DNA of 64,000 bases from Somniosus microcephalus. Lineage: Eukaryota. The stretch lies in contig CM126222.1 of assembly GCA_052327205.1 (NCBI GenBank), forward strand, positions 54,436,001 through 54,500,000, in the 5' to 3' direction. The notes beneath the pieces were generated by a model. It made no database searches and was not told the DNA's origin. It saw only the letters and a list, made by a program, of their open reading frames with translations. Positions 38,640 through 52,440 of this stretch are shown piece after piece. Position numbers and translations under genes: made by a program. Within the stretch, counting starts at the first letter, position 1, and every line of letters begins with the position of its first letter.

Positions 38640-39190
38640 GATCAGGTCCTCAAGACATCCCAAAACAGATTACAACCAATGAATTAGTTTTGAAGTGCAG
38701 TCACTGACACACAGCAAGGTTGAATGAACAGATAGTCTATTTTGGGTGATGATGGTTAAGGGGTGAATATTGTCCAGGAAACTGTTTGTCGGGAATCTTT
38801 TACATCCACCTGAACATGCAGACAGTGCCTCGCTTTAATGTCTCACCCAAAAAGCTTTTCAGAGATTCCAGGATTGATCCCTGGTGTTCGATGGTCTAAG
38901 CCAAGGTGGTGTTAGGGGCACTACCATTGGCCTCAACATGCCTAAAATTAAAAAAAAAAGGGAAATGTCAGCCACAGTTCCTGCTGATACTTACTATTCA
39001 GTGACTCGTGTTGGAAGTGTGTGCGTGAGGTCAGAATTGTGCTTGGCTATAATGTTGAATAGCCTGTCAACACTCGCTATCATGACTCACGCATAAATAA
39101 CGGACACTTGGATGAGCTCCCAGATGGCACTCAGTGTCTATGGGACTCTACGCCACCAAGTAGTCAACACCTTCGAGGAGGGAAAAGGAG
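38640..39190. mobile_element. Degenerate Deu-SINE fragment (-, about 38640-38850) followed by a SINE-like repeat (+, about 38870-39190)
   Basis: Similarity to the other copies in the window. Confidence 0.5.
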
Positions 39191-39545
39191 AACATTTGAT
39201 GAGAAAAGGACAAAACATATTATCTTAAATTGTCATGAATTCCTAATGGCAGGAATGCCAAATTTCTGAAATTCAGAGATTTTGCCCATCCGGTTTGACA
39301 CTAACAATGATATTCTATTTGCATCATATAATCGAAAGTGCAAGGGTGCACTTAACTGATAAGTTATGGGACAGCATGAACTAATTAGTGAAATATTGGG
39401 GTTTACTGTGTATTATGTTGTTGGAAGTTCTGGTTATTACAATACAATGCAGATTCTAACTGAAAATTCTATTTCAGCTAAAGGTGAGATTTGTGATGAT
39501 ACTTTAAACTGATTGGGCTATTACTCAATAACAAAGCTGTCAGGT

Positions 39546-39973
39546 GTCAGCCTTGGTTCAGTGGTATCACGCTCGTCTCTGAGCCAGAAGGTCATAGGCT
39601 CAAGCCCGATTCCGGAAACTTGAGCACATAATCTAGGCTGGCACTTCAGTGCAGTACAGAGGGAGTGCTGCACTGTCTGAGGTGCCATCTTACAGGTGAG
39701 ACGCTAAACCAAAGCCCTGTCTGCCCTCTCGGGTGAACGTAAAAGATCCCATGGTACTACTCAAAGATGAGCAAGAGAGTTCCCCTGATGTCCTGCCCAA
39801 CATTTATTCCTCAGCCAACAGATGCTATGGTCATTTATTACATTGATATTTGTGGAACCTCATTGTGCACACATTGGCTGCCGCATTTGCTACGTTACTA
39901 CACTTCAAAAATGCTTAATTGGCTGTAAAGCAATTTGGGTCGTGATAGGCCCTATCTAAATGCAAGTTCTTTT
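39546..39973 (+). mobile_element. SacSINE1-like Deu-SINE, full length
   Basis: tRNA-like head TGGTTCAGTGG...GGCTCAAGCCC, Deu core ATTGGCTGCCGCATTT, L2-type tail AAATGCAAGTT. Confidence 0.88.
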
Positions 39974-41829
39974 ATAAAAATGAATGCATAGAAGTTGAAA
40001 AGCACTTCTTGAGTTGGAACATGTGTGTAAGAGCAACATCGCCAAATAGCAACAACTTGCACTTCCGTAGCTCCTCTAATGTTATCAACACTCCCATGGA
40101 GCTTCCCAAAGAGGGGTGGGAAAAATGGACCAAGAGTTAAAAGAAGAGTTTAAGGAGAGGGTTGAAATTGTAAATTTTCAGGACGTTTTTGAAAGTGGGG
40201 AAAGATGTAATAAGGCAGGAAGAGAAGCCCAAAGTGCAAACCCAAACTGAAGGCCGTGCCAACAAAGGGAAGGGACAATTGTCCAGATTCAGCGGCGAGA
40301 AGGTTGCAAGCTGGGATGTAGGCCAGTGGGAGGTTTCAGAGACAGGGTGGGGGCAAGGGCTTTTGAGGGGAATTTGTAAACGAGGATGAGGACTTTGAGA
40401 TCATATCAGTTCATTCACCATATTCTGAAGTGTTTGCTGAATAAAAGCTATTTCATAATGAGATGCTTTTGCTTGCCAGACCCATTTAAAAAGCATGCCC
40501 TGGTTTTAAACTAGTACATGGAGTGCATGGCTAGTTTTAGTACCTACCTAAGCTTTTTACTACAATTGATTGTTTCCCTCATCCTTGTTCAAAACAATTT
40601 GGTCATTACTATTCACCAATAATACTAAAATGCTAGATATATTTTAACTGGAACAATATAATCCATTTAAAATGAAGCTACTTTGTAGCTGAGGAATTTG
40701 GGAATATATTCATATAAAAAGAGACCATTTAAAAAAAAATCATTTTTTATTGCAGCACAGTTCACAAAAGGATGTGGTGCAAGGGATTAAATTGGTGTAT
40801 CTTTTCTTTTTTGGTATTTATAGAACAAACACAGGCACAATGCAACAATGACTTATTTCCTGAATATCAAAACCTTCAAACTGTTGCCAAAAAAAATCCT
40901 CAGCGCCTGAAGCCCCTCTCTCTTTGTGTTGCAAAAAGATAAAGAATTCGTCTTGTAAAACAAATCTCCCCAAAGGCCTGCATTTCACTCTGGTCTCAAA
41001 ACACAGAGAGGAAACAATGGCAAACGGCTGTGATGTTGGCCCAGCACAATCAAACACTTCCTCCTGCCCACATCAGCATGGCAGAAGCCCTCTCTGATCA
41101 CTTCCTGCAGCTTTCGTGTGGCAGTCTCACACAGGGAGTGACTTTCCCATGAAATCACCACTTTACGAGCAAAAACAAGAAATAAAAGCCTCGTTTGGAA
41201 AGATGTGAAGCTGAGAAAAGAAGAGGCGAGCAGATTGTTTAGATTTAACTACTTTACAGAATGAGTGGTGACTGGCTAGTGAAGGTTAAATAAATGTAGC
41301 CTGATCCAACGGGGAGCTGGACAGCGTTTTGTCAAAAGAAGTGATTGAGAGTAGAGTGTGGTATGTTTTGAACTTTGGAAACTTCCCCCTCCCAGATAGG
41401 CGTTTATCAGTCTTGTACGTTTAATGTGGTCAATTAACTTTCTCTGGTTGCACAAATCTATCTTCATGATTGAAATCCTATTAGAAAGTGGAAAAAAATT
41501 GAGGCTGCCTTTTGTTGTCAGAGTTTTACTTTTTGTTAAAACTACCTCTCTTTTATTTAAATATAGTCGATTGCCAGGAGATGTGTTAATCTGCTAAAGG
41601 CTGCCGAAGGCCCGCATTCTTGTTCATTAGCTATGGGAACCTATTGGTGAAAAGCAATTTAAAACAAGCCTTGCAGGTTACCTATAAGCTTGTGCTATGT
41701 AAATGTCACCTTTAGGTTTGATGCATTTTAGGAGGTTTAGAATATTGCTATATACGGTCCCTAACCCCTCCCCCCTCCACCCTTCTGTTAATTGTAACGG
41801 AAGTCAGGGCTGTCATTGGTGGCAATATT

Positions 41830-42257
41830 TCAATGTAAATGAGGTGTGCTAGCACCTTTCATGACCTCTGTATTTCCCAAAGTGCTTCCCAGCCATTGAC
41901 GAAGTTTTGCAGTATAGTCACTGTTGTAATGTAGGGAAACATTTTGCACACGGCAAGTCCCACAAACAGCAATGCGATAAATGACCAAATAATCTGTTTT
42001 AATGCTGTTGTTTAAGAGGTAAATGTTGGCCAGGACACCTCCCTTGTTCTGCTTCAAATAATGTCCAGGGGATATTTTACATCCATCTGAGAGGGCAGGC
42101 GGGGTTTGGTTTTAACATCTCATCTGATCTGAAAGCAGCACCCCCTCAGTATTGCACTAGTGTCAGCTTAAATGATGTGCTTAAGTCTTAGGACATACTT
42201 GAACATGCAACCTTCTGATTCAGAGGCAGCAGTGCTACCACTGAGCCAAGGCTGACC
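41830..42257 (-). mobile_element. SacSINE1-like Deu-SINE
   Basis: Reverse complement of the same family; head TCAGCCTTGGCTCAGTGGTAGCAC. Confidence 0.85.
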
Positions 42258-42983
42258 TTCAGGAGGTGCTTTTCAGGGGTTCCTTGGGAGACCATAGTAT
42301 TGCTGACATCAATCGGATTCTACAAGTGGCATTGCAAACCTCCTCTGGCTGCAGATGGGCAGAATGCTGAGTGCACAAACCATCAATGTGATTTGTCTTG
42401 ACAGACTGTTCCTGAAACCTCAAACATGCAACAGTTGTTTTTTCAGTTGCCGCCAGTGCCCAGAAATCCAGGCCACAATATTAAACAGGCTGGTCATCGG
42501 GGATTAACGTGGTGCCATGGAGTGGTAGAACATAAAGCTATACCCATTGTTCCTTATAAAGCAAGTCCCCAATTCTGTCAAGGCCATTACTTGATGCTCC
42601 AAGTGGAGACCACCTGCATCTTTGCCAACAGGGAAAGTCACCCAAGACCAATATCACATAACTCTTAGAAACCAGTGAGTAAAAGCTCGCTCAAACCCAC
42701 TCACTTAGCCAAGGAATGGTGCATTGTATACAAAGGAGCAAGAAGGAAAAACTGTAAATCTAGTTTTCAGGGCTATTTGATGTCAACGTTGCTGTTGGAT
42801 TGTGCAACAGCAGGACGGGCTGAGACTGAAATTAATCTCTTCAGCAGCCATTTGTCTTGATTTGTTAATTTTTTAAAAAGTTTTTGGAAACTTTTGGAAA
42901 TTCTGATACCAGTACTCTCCAAACAACAGATATTTGCAACATAACATTTTCAAATTTGTCTGTCTGGTATATTTAACAACATA

Positions 42984-43318
42984 CAGGAAACTCTCGATTT
43001 ACCGGCTCCTAAATAAACAGAAATCTCGGTTAACCGGCAAAATTCAGGAGTAGGTTCAGGTAAGTTTTACTTCATATTAGTGGCCGTTCCTCGATCTGTG
43101 GCTGTGCAATCGGGGTTCCTGCGCATGTTGCTAAGCAACAGGGACGCTTGGTCTGTGGCTGGGGTTCCTGCACATGTTGCTAAGCAACAGGGAAGCCTGG
43201 ATTTGTTGCTGTGTACGGAGCTCTCGTACCTTTTAACTATACCTCTCTGTAATCCGGACTTTTTGATAAACCGGCACCACGCCGGTCCCATCGGTGCCGG
43301 ATAAAAAAGAGTTTCCTG
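42984..43318 (-). mobile_element. Tc1/mariner-like MITE, copy 2 (inverted relative to 1093-1428)
   Basis: TA|CAGGAAACTCT...AGAGTTTCCTG|TA; colinear reverse complement of copy 1. Confidence 0.85.
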
Positions 43319-43632
43319 TAACTGTTGTGCAGTCCGACAGCTCTTTATCATTAATTTGATAATGATGGGTTTTGTTACATATCATATAAAACCAGAATTG
43401 TGTTAAAAATAAATCCAATAACTATACTGCCAGATATGATTCTCGCTATAGATGGAAATCTAAGCTATATGCACATTTATATATAGATTATCATATACAC
43501 TTACTCAGCAGATTAATCACCAAAGCTATCATATAATATGTCTATATACACAGATTATCAAACAATGTGTACCCAATCACACAAATGTATCTTATGATAC
43601 ACACAGTATCTTATAATATATGTGTCCCGCCC

Positions 43633-44003
43633 CATGGCCTCGCCCCTTCCTATCTCTGTAATCTCCTTCAGCCCCACAACCCCCCGAGATATCTGCGCTC
43701 CTCTAATTCTGCCCTCTTGAGGATCCCTGATTATAATCACTCAGCCTTTGGTGGCCGTACCTTCTGTTGCCTAGGACCTAAGCTCTAGAATTCCCTGCCT
43801 AAATCTGTCTGCCTCTCTACCTCTCTTTCCTCCTTTAAGACGCTCCTTAAAACCTACCTCTTTGACCAAGCTTTTGGTCACCTGCCCTAATTTATCCTTA
43901 TGTGGATCGGTGTCAAAAATTTTTGTCTTAAAATACTCCTGTGCAGCGCCTTGGGACGTTTTACTATCTTAAAGGCACTATATAAATACAAGTTGTTGTT
44001 GTT
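43633..44003 (+). mobile_element. L2-type LINE 3' end
   Basis: HGLAPSYLCNLLQP...LRSS...FGGRTFCCLGPKL; tail TATATAAATACAAGTTGTTGTTG. Confidence 0.85.
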
Positions 44004-44032
44004 ATGTATACATACACTGAATATCATTTAAT

Positions 44033-45570
44033 GGCCAAGATTTTCCTGGGGATTGGCACCATTCCAATGGCGAGCCTATGACAGAGAGACCCTTGAAATT
44101 ACGGAATAAGTGACTTACGCCATGCCAAATTTTCCTGGTACTTTTTGACTGCTCCTCCATTACCCTCGGCGTAAACAGTGAGGAGTTATTTATCATAGCT
44201 CCACTCCCCATTAAAATAAAGGCCGAGCGCCATTTCCCTGGATTAGCGCCAGCTTTCACGCCGCTGCCACTTAGACTGAAAAGTAATTGCTCTGGGGACC
44301 TGGCAGCAGTAAAATTGACAATTATCAGGAAACTGGAAGAGGGACACTGCAGCTTGAAGTAAATCATAACTAGCAAACATTGTGTCACTTAACAGTAAAA
44401 TGTGTAAAGTGCCGTCTAAAATTAATTGCACCTACTTCCCGATAATTTTTTAACAAAAGTAAACATGCTCGAGAGTCCGGTTTCCACAGCTCCTCAGAAC
44501 AGAAACAAGTGTGGATCGTCAATCCTTGTCTCATCGTTCATTAGAAAACGTTTCCTTTTCTCATTTTCCACTTCTTTCCTTTCGGGTTAGATGGAGAGGG
44601 GTGGGAGGAGGCGCGTGTGGAGCATAAACACCGGCATAGACTAGGCTATGTCAGGAATACAGACTTCTAGAAAGGACAGCGCCTTGTGCTTACACTCCTG
44701 ACAGGGCAAAATAAAATAATTACAAAGAGGCAGCTGGGTTATTTAACACTTTTGAACTCCACAGGCGGGACTACAACTTTCGGGTTGTAGTCCCGCCTCC
44801 ATTGAGTTCTAGTCAACTCACGCGATTTAGACTTGATTGACCTTGTTGAGCCCGCCCAGCGGGCTCAGCAGGCCAATTAAGGGCCACCCAGCAACAGGTG
44901 ACATCACAGATTGAAATTTCATCTGTCAAGACCTTTTGACAGATGAAATATCAGCGTTTCACAGCTGTTTGAAGCTGTCAAACACTGACAATCTGCACTC
45001 CAGGTTAATTCCTTCCTCTCAGGATGATTTAGAGATCTCACCGGAACAGAAAGCAGAGGCTGCAGATATTGATAGCTGGTGGCCATTCTGCTTTCTGTGC
45101 CGGCGAGATGAGGGACTCCTGAGACCTGAAGGAAGGAAGGCTGTAAAGGTTAGTAGAACGTCTTTAAACACTTTACACAGACCAAACACACTTACCTCTG
45201 CACTCATGCACCCATCACCCACCTGAACACCGGACATCTCGACCCCTCCAAGCCCTTCATCCCGACAGCCCGCCTCGCTAACTTGGCGTGGTTTGGAGCC
45301 GTCGGGAATCCCACATTTCACCAATGAAAATAGCGATTAGGCTAAAAACTGCTTGTTAACTACCTGTTAACAGGCAGTTAATTGGCACTCACCCCCTTCC
45401 CGCCTCGGGGAGGCGGGTCCCAGTGCGAGTCGGGTACCCGCCTCCTTTGAAACTGGCATGGAGGTGGGTTGGGGGCGGGATGGGTTCGTGCCCCCCCCCC
45501 CCCGATTTCGGGATTTTAACCCCCCACACGCCTCCAATCCCGCCTCCACAGCCCAATGAAAATCCAGCCC
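44033..45570. mobile_element. One or more Harbinger-like non-autonomous elements
   Basis: Termini GGCCAAGATTTTC and GAAAATCCAGCCC resemble the other MITE ends; CpG-richer interior; structure not resolved. Confidence 0.4.
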
Positions 45571-46431
45571 CATGTGTCTGTCAGTGGCTGAAAATAACAT
45601 CCTTCCCCCACCCCAATTATTTCCCCTGAAATTGATGTGCAGTAGGTTCATTTCAAAGGTAGGTGATGCAGCTGGATGTAACTGACTGGGATTTTCCATC
45701 TAAAAATGAGGTTCAACCCTCCCCCCCCCCCCCAACCACCCCACTCAAAAAAGCACTCAACCCTATAGGTGAGTCTCTCTGTGGGGGACAGTCAGGTCAG
45801 TGGGATTGATGAAAGAGACAGACATCGCAAACCCTATGCTCCCAAAATGGGCACAACATTAGAGCTGCTGTACTGAAGAGTGTGTGCTATCCAACAAGCG
45901 TTTAGGTTGCTGATGTGCTCAGTAATGAGTATAATAAGGGGCTGTGACACATGTAGGAAGAGAGCCCATTCAGATTCACTGGGATTTAAAATTGAGATCA
46001 TGTAGCCTATTAATTAGTCACTTGCAGTTATTGGAGTCATGTCTTGTGCCGGTACATTACAAACAAATGCAGGTAAAAAGTTGTATTTTTTAGCCGCTAG
46101 AAGGTTTAGTTTATTTATTGCAGTTTTTTCAGTTATAGCATATTGTTCACACTACGCTGTCGCTCCCTCTTTAATTACTTCAGGATCGCATTGGAAACTG
46201 ATTGGAAAGTGACTGAAGCAGCCCCCACAGCTTGTGAACATGGTCGCCATTCAATGGCCTTTGGGCTGCGTCGCTTCTGGTGTGTCGCTGTGCTCGCTGC
46301 GGCATGTTCTAATTAGAAATGCAGGAAAATATAGAGTAAATTATCAACAGCGAGATTGGCACACTAGATGGTGAAATTTACTGTGTACGCCACCGATCTC
46401 ATCATTGCAGGAAAATCTGGGACAATATGTA

Positions 46432-47003
46432 CACACACGTAATATGTGCCCAGCAACACACACACGTAATATGTGCCCAGCAACACACACACGTAATATG
46501 TGCCCAGCAACACACACACGTAATATGTGCCCAGCAATACACGCATGTAATATGTGCCCAGCAATACACGCATGTAATATGTGCCCAGCAACACACATGT
46601 GTAATATGTGCCCAACAGCACACACACGTAATATGTGCCCAACAACACACACACGTAATATGTGCCCAGCAATACACGCACGTAATATGTGCCCAGCAAC
46701 ACACATGTGTAATATGTGCCCAACAGCACACACACGTAATATGTGCCCAACAACACACACACGTAATATGTGCCCAGCAATACACGCACGTAATATGTGC
46801 CCAGCAACACACACATGTAATATGTGCCCAGCAACACACATGTGTAATATGTGCCCAACAACACACGCACGTAATATGTGCCCAGCAACACACGTGTAAT
46901 ATGTGCCCAGCAACACATGCACGTAATATGTGCCCAGTAACACATACATGTGTAATATGTGCCCAGCAACACGCACAAGTAATATGTGCCCAGCCACACA
47001 CAC
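46432..47003. repeat. 27-bp minisatellite, about 21 copies, followed by (TA)n/(CA)n to about 47110
   Basis: Unit CACACACGTAATATGTGCCCAGCAACA. Confidence 0.95.
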
Positions 47004-47653
47004 GCATGATCATATAATATTTGCCCATCACAAGCATTGATTATTATGATATATAATATATATAATTAATATATATATATATACACAGACACACACATAC
47101 ACACACACACCCCACCCGGACAAACATACTCGAGTTTTCTGTTACTCACACTTGCAGGTTATAGAATATAAATCGCGTCACACATTTATACACAGGCTAT
47201 TAAATTATTGAATCCATATAGTCTCATTACTTTTTTAATCAATAAAAACCTTTATCAGCTCAATTGATCATTTCTGGCCAAAATGACTGACTGTTCCTGA
47301 AGTATCTTGGGACATATTGAATCCATTAGTGCTTCTTCTTTGGGAAAAAGGTGATGTCATTCCTATAAGATGTCCAGGGAATCTGAGAACAAGCATTGTG
47401 TTGCAATGTTTTATGACATCATGCCGGTTGTCTTGTTTAAGACTAGTTGACATAATTTGTTTATTTTAGTCTATGACCCTTTTGAAGATCTACACCAGCA
47501 CTTCCCTGAAATTTGATTTTGCGGACAGCTTCAGTTTCCACAAGAAAACTGGACTAAGATTCCTCTTTGTGAGTTTCTTCGGAGAGTTCTGCAAATCAAA
47601 AATTCTTCTGTGGTTCTGTGCATTTTCTAACACTGGCTGTCTAGTATCATGTG

Positions 47654-47846
47654 TCAGCTGTGGCTCAGTGGGCAGCACTCTCTCCTCTGAGTCAGAAGGT
47701 TGTGGGTTCAAGTCCCACTCCAGGGACTGGAGCACATAACCTAGGCTGACACTCCAGTGCAGCGCTGAGGGAATGCCGCACTGTCAGAGGTGCCGTCTTT
47801 TGGATGAGACGCTAAACCGAGGCCCCGTCTGCTCTCCCAGGTGGAC
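47654..47846 (+). mobile_element. SacSINE1-like SINE, 5' half
   Basis: A box TGGCTCAGTGG and B box GGTTCAAGTCC; truncated after CAGGTGGACG. Confidence 0.85.
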
Positions 47847-48715
47847 GAGCTGTAATGAACATGTGTCCCTTACATATATCTCCAGGTGCTTCCTACCATT
47901 TGATATTAAACAAACACTGTTACACTATTATTTGGGACTGTGTCTGTCTTGAGCAAAGATGGAGTCCATTAGGGAAAAAACAGTTCTGTACTAGACAGCT
48001 TGGGGTTTTTTTTCAATCCGAAGGTGTAACTGGGTAGGGAATCATTTTTCTATATTTATCCAAAAAGGTTACTGTAGACATTAGATTTTCATGACTATGC
48101 CCCTCCACCCACCCCCCCCCACCCCATGGAGCATCCATTTTTCTGGGGATAAAGCGACGAATCTCCATTTCACCAGGTCTCTGCCCTCTTTTAGCTCGCC
48201 CTGAGTTTCTCCAGAGCTTCCTGACATATTGAATCCATTAGTGCTTCTTCTTTGGGGAAAAAGGTGATGTCATTCCTGGGGTTCCCGACTTCCTGTCTCA
48301 TTTTCCCAGGAGACTGCTCACTGATGCCCAGTGAAACATTGTGCTGTGGTCTGGCCAGGGGGGTTTCTGGATACAGACGAAAATATTCTCTTTTATTGGG
48401 TAAACCACCCCACCCCCAAGATATGTGACGCAATTGAGCTTTTCTGGCTTCTGATTGCCCCCCATATGCAGCAGCAAATCTGAGAGACCTGCAGTTGCAT
48501 TTACATTTCCTGCCCCTTCTGCCAGTGCTCGACCCTGCCACGGAATGGGCCTACACTTCAGGCCTGATATGAATACTGAAGATTCCTTTATTTCAGGCAC
48601 TAACATTGATGGTCTTGTCCATATGTCACACTGGTCCTTTCATTTCTTGGCTCTATGGGTCTGGCTCGAGGAATGTTTGTCACATCAACAGGGTTTTACG
48701 GACTAAAAAGTATCA

Positions 48716-49130
48716 ATGGTAGCACTCTCGGTTCTGAGTCAGAAGGTTGTGCGTTCATCGTGCTACTCCAGGGACTTGAGCACACCACCTAGGCTGACAC
48801 TTTAGTGCAGTGCTGCTCTGTTGGAGGTGCTGTCTTTCGGATGAGACGTTAAACCGAGGCCCTGTCTGCCCCCTCAGGTGGATGTAAAAACCCCAGGACA
48901 CGGTTCAAGGTAGAGCAGTGGAGTTCTGCAGTCCTGACCAAATGTTATCCCTCGACCAACAGCAATAAAAAGAAATGATCTGGTCATTTATCACATTGCT
49001 GCTTGTGGGACTGTGCTGTGTGCCAATTGGCTGCCGAGTTTGCCTACTTTACAACAGGGTTTTTTTTGGGGGGAGGGGGGGGGGATGTCCTGAGCTCATG
49101 AAAGGCACCATATTAATGCAAGTCCTGCCT
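48716..49130 (+). mobile_element. SacSINE1-like Deu-SINE
   Basis: Same family body, Deu core CCAATTGGCTGCCG and tail ATGCAAGTC. Confidence 0.82.
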
Positions 49131-49882
49131 TTTCAAGGGGAAAATGCAATACAAATAATAATGCTGTTTCTGGAAAAAGACAGGTGCAGACGGTATTGCA
49201 GAGAAATGCCAAAGGTGATATTTAGTGTTTTGGCATGTTGCCAGAGGCTTGTGGAGTGTGGCCAAACTACTTGGAACAGGTGAAAGAGTGAGGTTGAACT
49301 AAGGACTAAGTTAGCTGAGAATGCTGAAGATGAAAAGGATTGCACAGTGTTTGTGATGTAGGCTAGAAATAAGGGTGTTGTGACCTGATTTTTAGATTGG
49401 CAGGAAAGTTATCACCGTGTAGAATATTGATACTGCAGCGTGCCATTATGTTTGTACGTCTTTCCGTCCATAAACGTCGCTTCCATTTTCAAAGGTAAAA
49501 GACGTTATTTGCTTTTGAATCTTTTAATCTTCTTGCCCAGTAGTTCTCCAAAACGGTTGCTCTGAATATTTATTCAGCTTCCTGCAGTTCCCTAATCAAT
49601 AGCAGGGAGTAAAGAATAAACTCCCGAAATGACTCGATTGAACAAGTTGTATAAGTTAAAAGGAATTACGAAGGAACTGCTTTTAGTAATTAGGTCGTTA
49701 AAAAGACTGATGGTGAACATGTGGGCACTTAGAAAATCTGTGACTGGTGCCCTTTTTTTAGGCGTTTCGAGAGGAAGCGAGCTAAAGCTAGAATTGGACA
49801 CCAGTGAGGTTGTATTGCAAAAGATGGTCTGCAGGATAATGTATCAGTGCTAATGAAATATGAAAATGTTTCTTGTACACAG

Positions 49883-50079
49883 GGGCGGACGAGGCTGCTC
49901 TTACTCACGATCTCCAAAGCCTCGCAACTATTGCGGCTGCCCGTTCACTGGTAGAAGCAGTACCCATAGAAATGGGTGACCCCTATAATGACACAGGCTC
50001 AAGCAGATCCTATATAGTTCGAATCCCACGGGTGCTGAATTTACGGAGGAAGTACTCATGGAGTCCAAAGGCGGAAACG
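49883..50079 (+). CDS. BAHCC1: BAHCC1 exon (phase 1 to 0)
   Basis: GADEAALTHDLQSLATIAAARSLVEA...LRRKYSWSPKAET resembles human LQHLATLATAWSLVEA...RKDTWTPK; cacag acceptor, gtgagc donor. Confidence 0.92.
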
Positions 50080-50976
50080 GTGAGCTTGTTGGTGGATTTC
50101 ATTAAAAAGAAAGCATGACATTATTAGGTCTCGACTTCATTGGGTTACACTATCCCTCTCCTCCCCTACAAAAGGAAGAAACTAACTCGTTGCTCGGTGT
50201 GGTTCCACAGTACTGGTAGGCCTCTGGAATCTCACCCATCTCAGTCTTCCTGCATGTGCCTAGACTGAAGGCATCAAGTCCAACAAATCAAATGGGCTAA
50301 ATTTTCCAAGGCTCTACATACAGCACAGACCCACACAGGTGCTGGGTGCATTGGGAAATGGGGCCTCCGACCACTTGCACAACATTCTTTGCGAAGAGCC
50401 CATTCAAATTGATGGAAGAGGCTAAAATCAGAAAGTGGACCAAGGCGGTGCCCAATGGTGCTAGTGCGCGCCAGCCCCGATTTTGCCAGGACTGAAGAGT
50501 TGGCATTCCTGTTCTCACCCATGCATGCACGTAAAGCAGCTGCGAATCACAGTAATGTGAGCCAGAAACACATGTAAAACAATTGTAAATTGGCTGATTT
50601 GGGTTATATAGCATGCATAGGACAATTTATTGAAGTACCAATCTATGACTTGCTTCAGGGACAAGGTGAACAATTGGGTACAAGATAGAATTTAGGCTGG
50701 ACCTCTATTACTGTATTTTATTTATCGGTTGCATGTTAACTTTGTGAGAAAAGAAAGACTTTCATGCAGGATGTTTTTAAATTTGGATTAAAAAATGAAG
50801 AAACAGGAAAGTCAGTGGATTATTATGACATTTGCATCCACCTACATAGTGTGAAGTAGATATTTTTACACCAGTGGGAAAAAAAGTAAGTGTAGGATGT
50901 AGTCAATATAAGTAATAACATATCAGTAGCGACCGTAAAATGATTTTAATTTGGAAAGGTAACCCTTTCACAGTAA

Positions 50977-51183
<207 letters not shown>

Positions 51184-51879
51184 TGATGTAGCTGGAATCA
51201 GAAGTACAGTTCAGATAGTATAGAACATTGCTCCCAGGGAACTTCTGGCTACACTTTTGAGTGTTTTGACAACAGTTTTGTTTTGCCAGTAGTGTTGAAG
51301 AATAAGATCCTATTCTGATCAGATTCGTTCTGCTAAAGCGTACTTTCCCCCCTAGCTAATTCAACCTTTTTAATCTTTCTCCGCTTGACATTCACCACCC
51401 CAACCCCCAATTTCCTTCACTGTTGCTCCCAGCTCCGTTGCCCTTTTCATTCCGGGCATTTTTAACAGACAGTGCGACTGGCTCCTGCATGACCTCATTC
51501 AGCGATTAGCCAATTGCAGGTGCGCTTGCCCATGCAGCACAGTCTGTACAACAGCAACATGGCTGAGGCTCTGATCCAACAACCACAATTTATTCTTCTT
51601 CACATAAAAGGGAATTAACCACATAAAGGGACAAGAATATGATGAGAGGGCGTGCTGCAGTGCAGTTTAAGCAAAAATGAGCTGATATCTGCATGTGAGA
51701 AATACTTGCTCATTTTATACAAAACGAAGACCGCAGATGAAAAATATTACAACACGACTTAGTTAAAAAAGTACTTAATTGGAATGCTGTCATACATGGA
51801 ACTTTATCAAATTTTTATGAAACATTTCAGTTTTCCATTTAAGCAAGCACCAGTTCAGGGAGTAAGTGTATGATGCTGA

Positions 51880-52440
51880 GCTCCTCTGAGCAGGAAGATC
51901 CAAAGGCGGAGCTGAATTAGCTGCTCTCAGATAAGTGGCAGTGGGCTGTTGCAATTGGTCTCAGTGTCGCTGAGCTCGGGAGGGGAAAGTCAGCAAGGAT
52001 TCCCACTTTTGATCAGTATTGTACGTGTGAGCATCAGATGCGAACAGGATCAGGTTCTCAACTGGGACGCCTGAGCCCGGAGCCTGCTGTCACTCACTGT
52101 TTCAGCTCACAAAGAAAAAAATGTCGGGCACCCGGACATTTTCAGTGCCCATGGAGGACACTGAGCAGCACACCCATTCAGTAGAGGAGGGGAAAACTTC
52201 GGAAAACACTTGCACCATACGAACATATGACCGTGACGGACAGGGAAAGACCCACTGGCCAGTCCCACACAACTGCGATGCCCCGTGCATCACAATATAT
52301 ACACTCAGCATTGTTTCCCAATTTTCTCCCTTTCTCTCCGAAAGCCAGTGACTCCTGCTGGGCTACGTTTCCATAGGCACCAGTCGTCCTCTGATACCTC
52401 TCCCTGATGGCCATTCTTCACGTGTGAACCGAGACAGTGC
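51880..52440. mobile_element. Two SINE-like fragments in opposite orientation (51880-52110 +; 52320-52440 -)
   Basis: Similarity to the 10620-11150 family. Confidence 0.5.

Noticed and set aside
46344-47037. Five long Cys/His-rich repetitive ORFs, or a CRISPR-like array
   Set aside because: A contiguous 27-bp minisatellite with no unique spacers; the ORFs are a by-product of unit length, and the context is a eukaryotic intron
47654-47725. tRNA gene
   Set aside because: The A/B boxes continue directly into SINE body sequence seen in several copies; these are SINE heads
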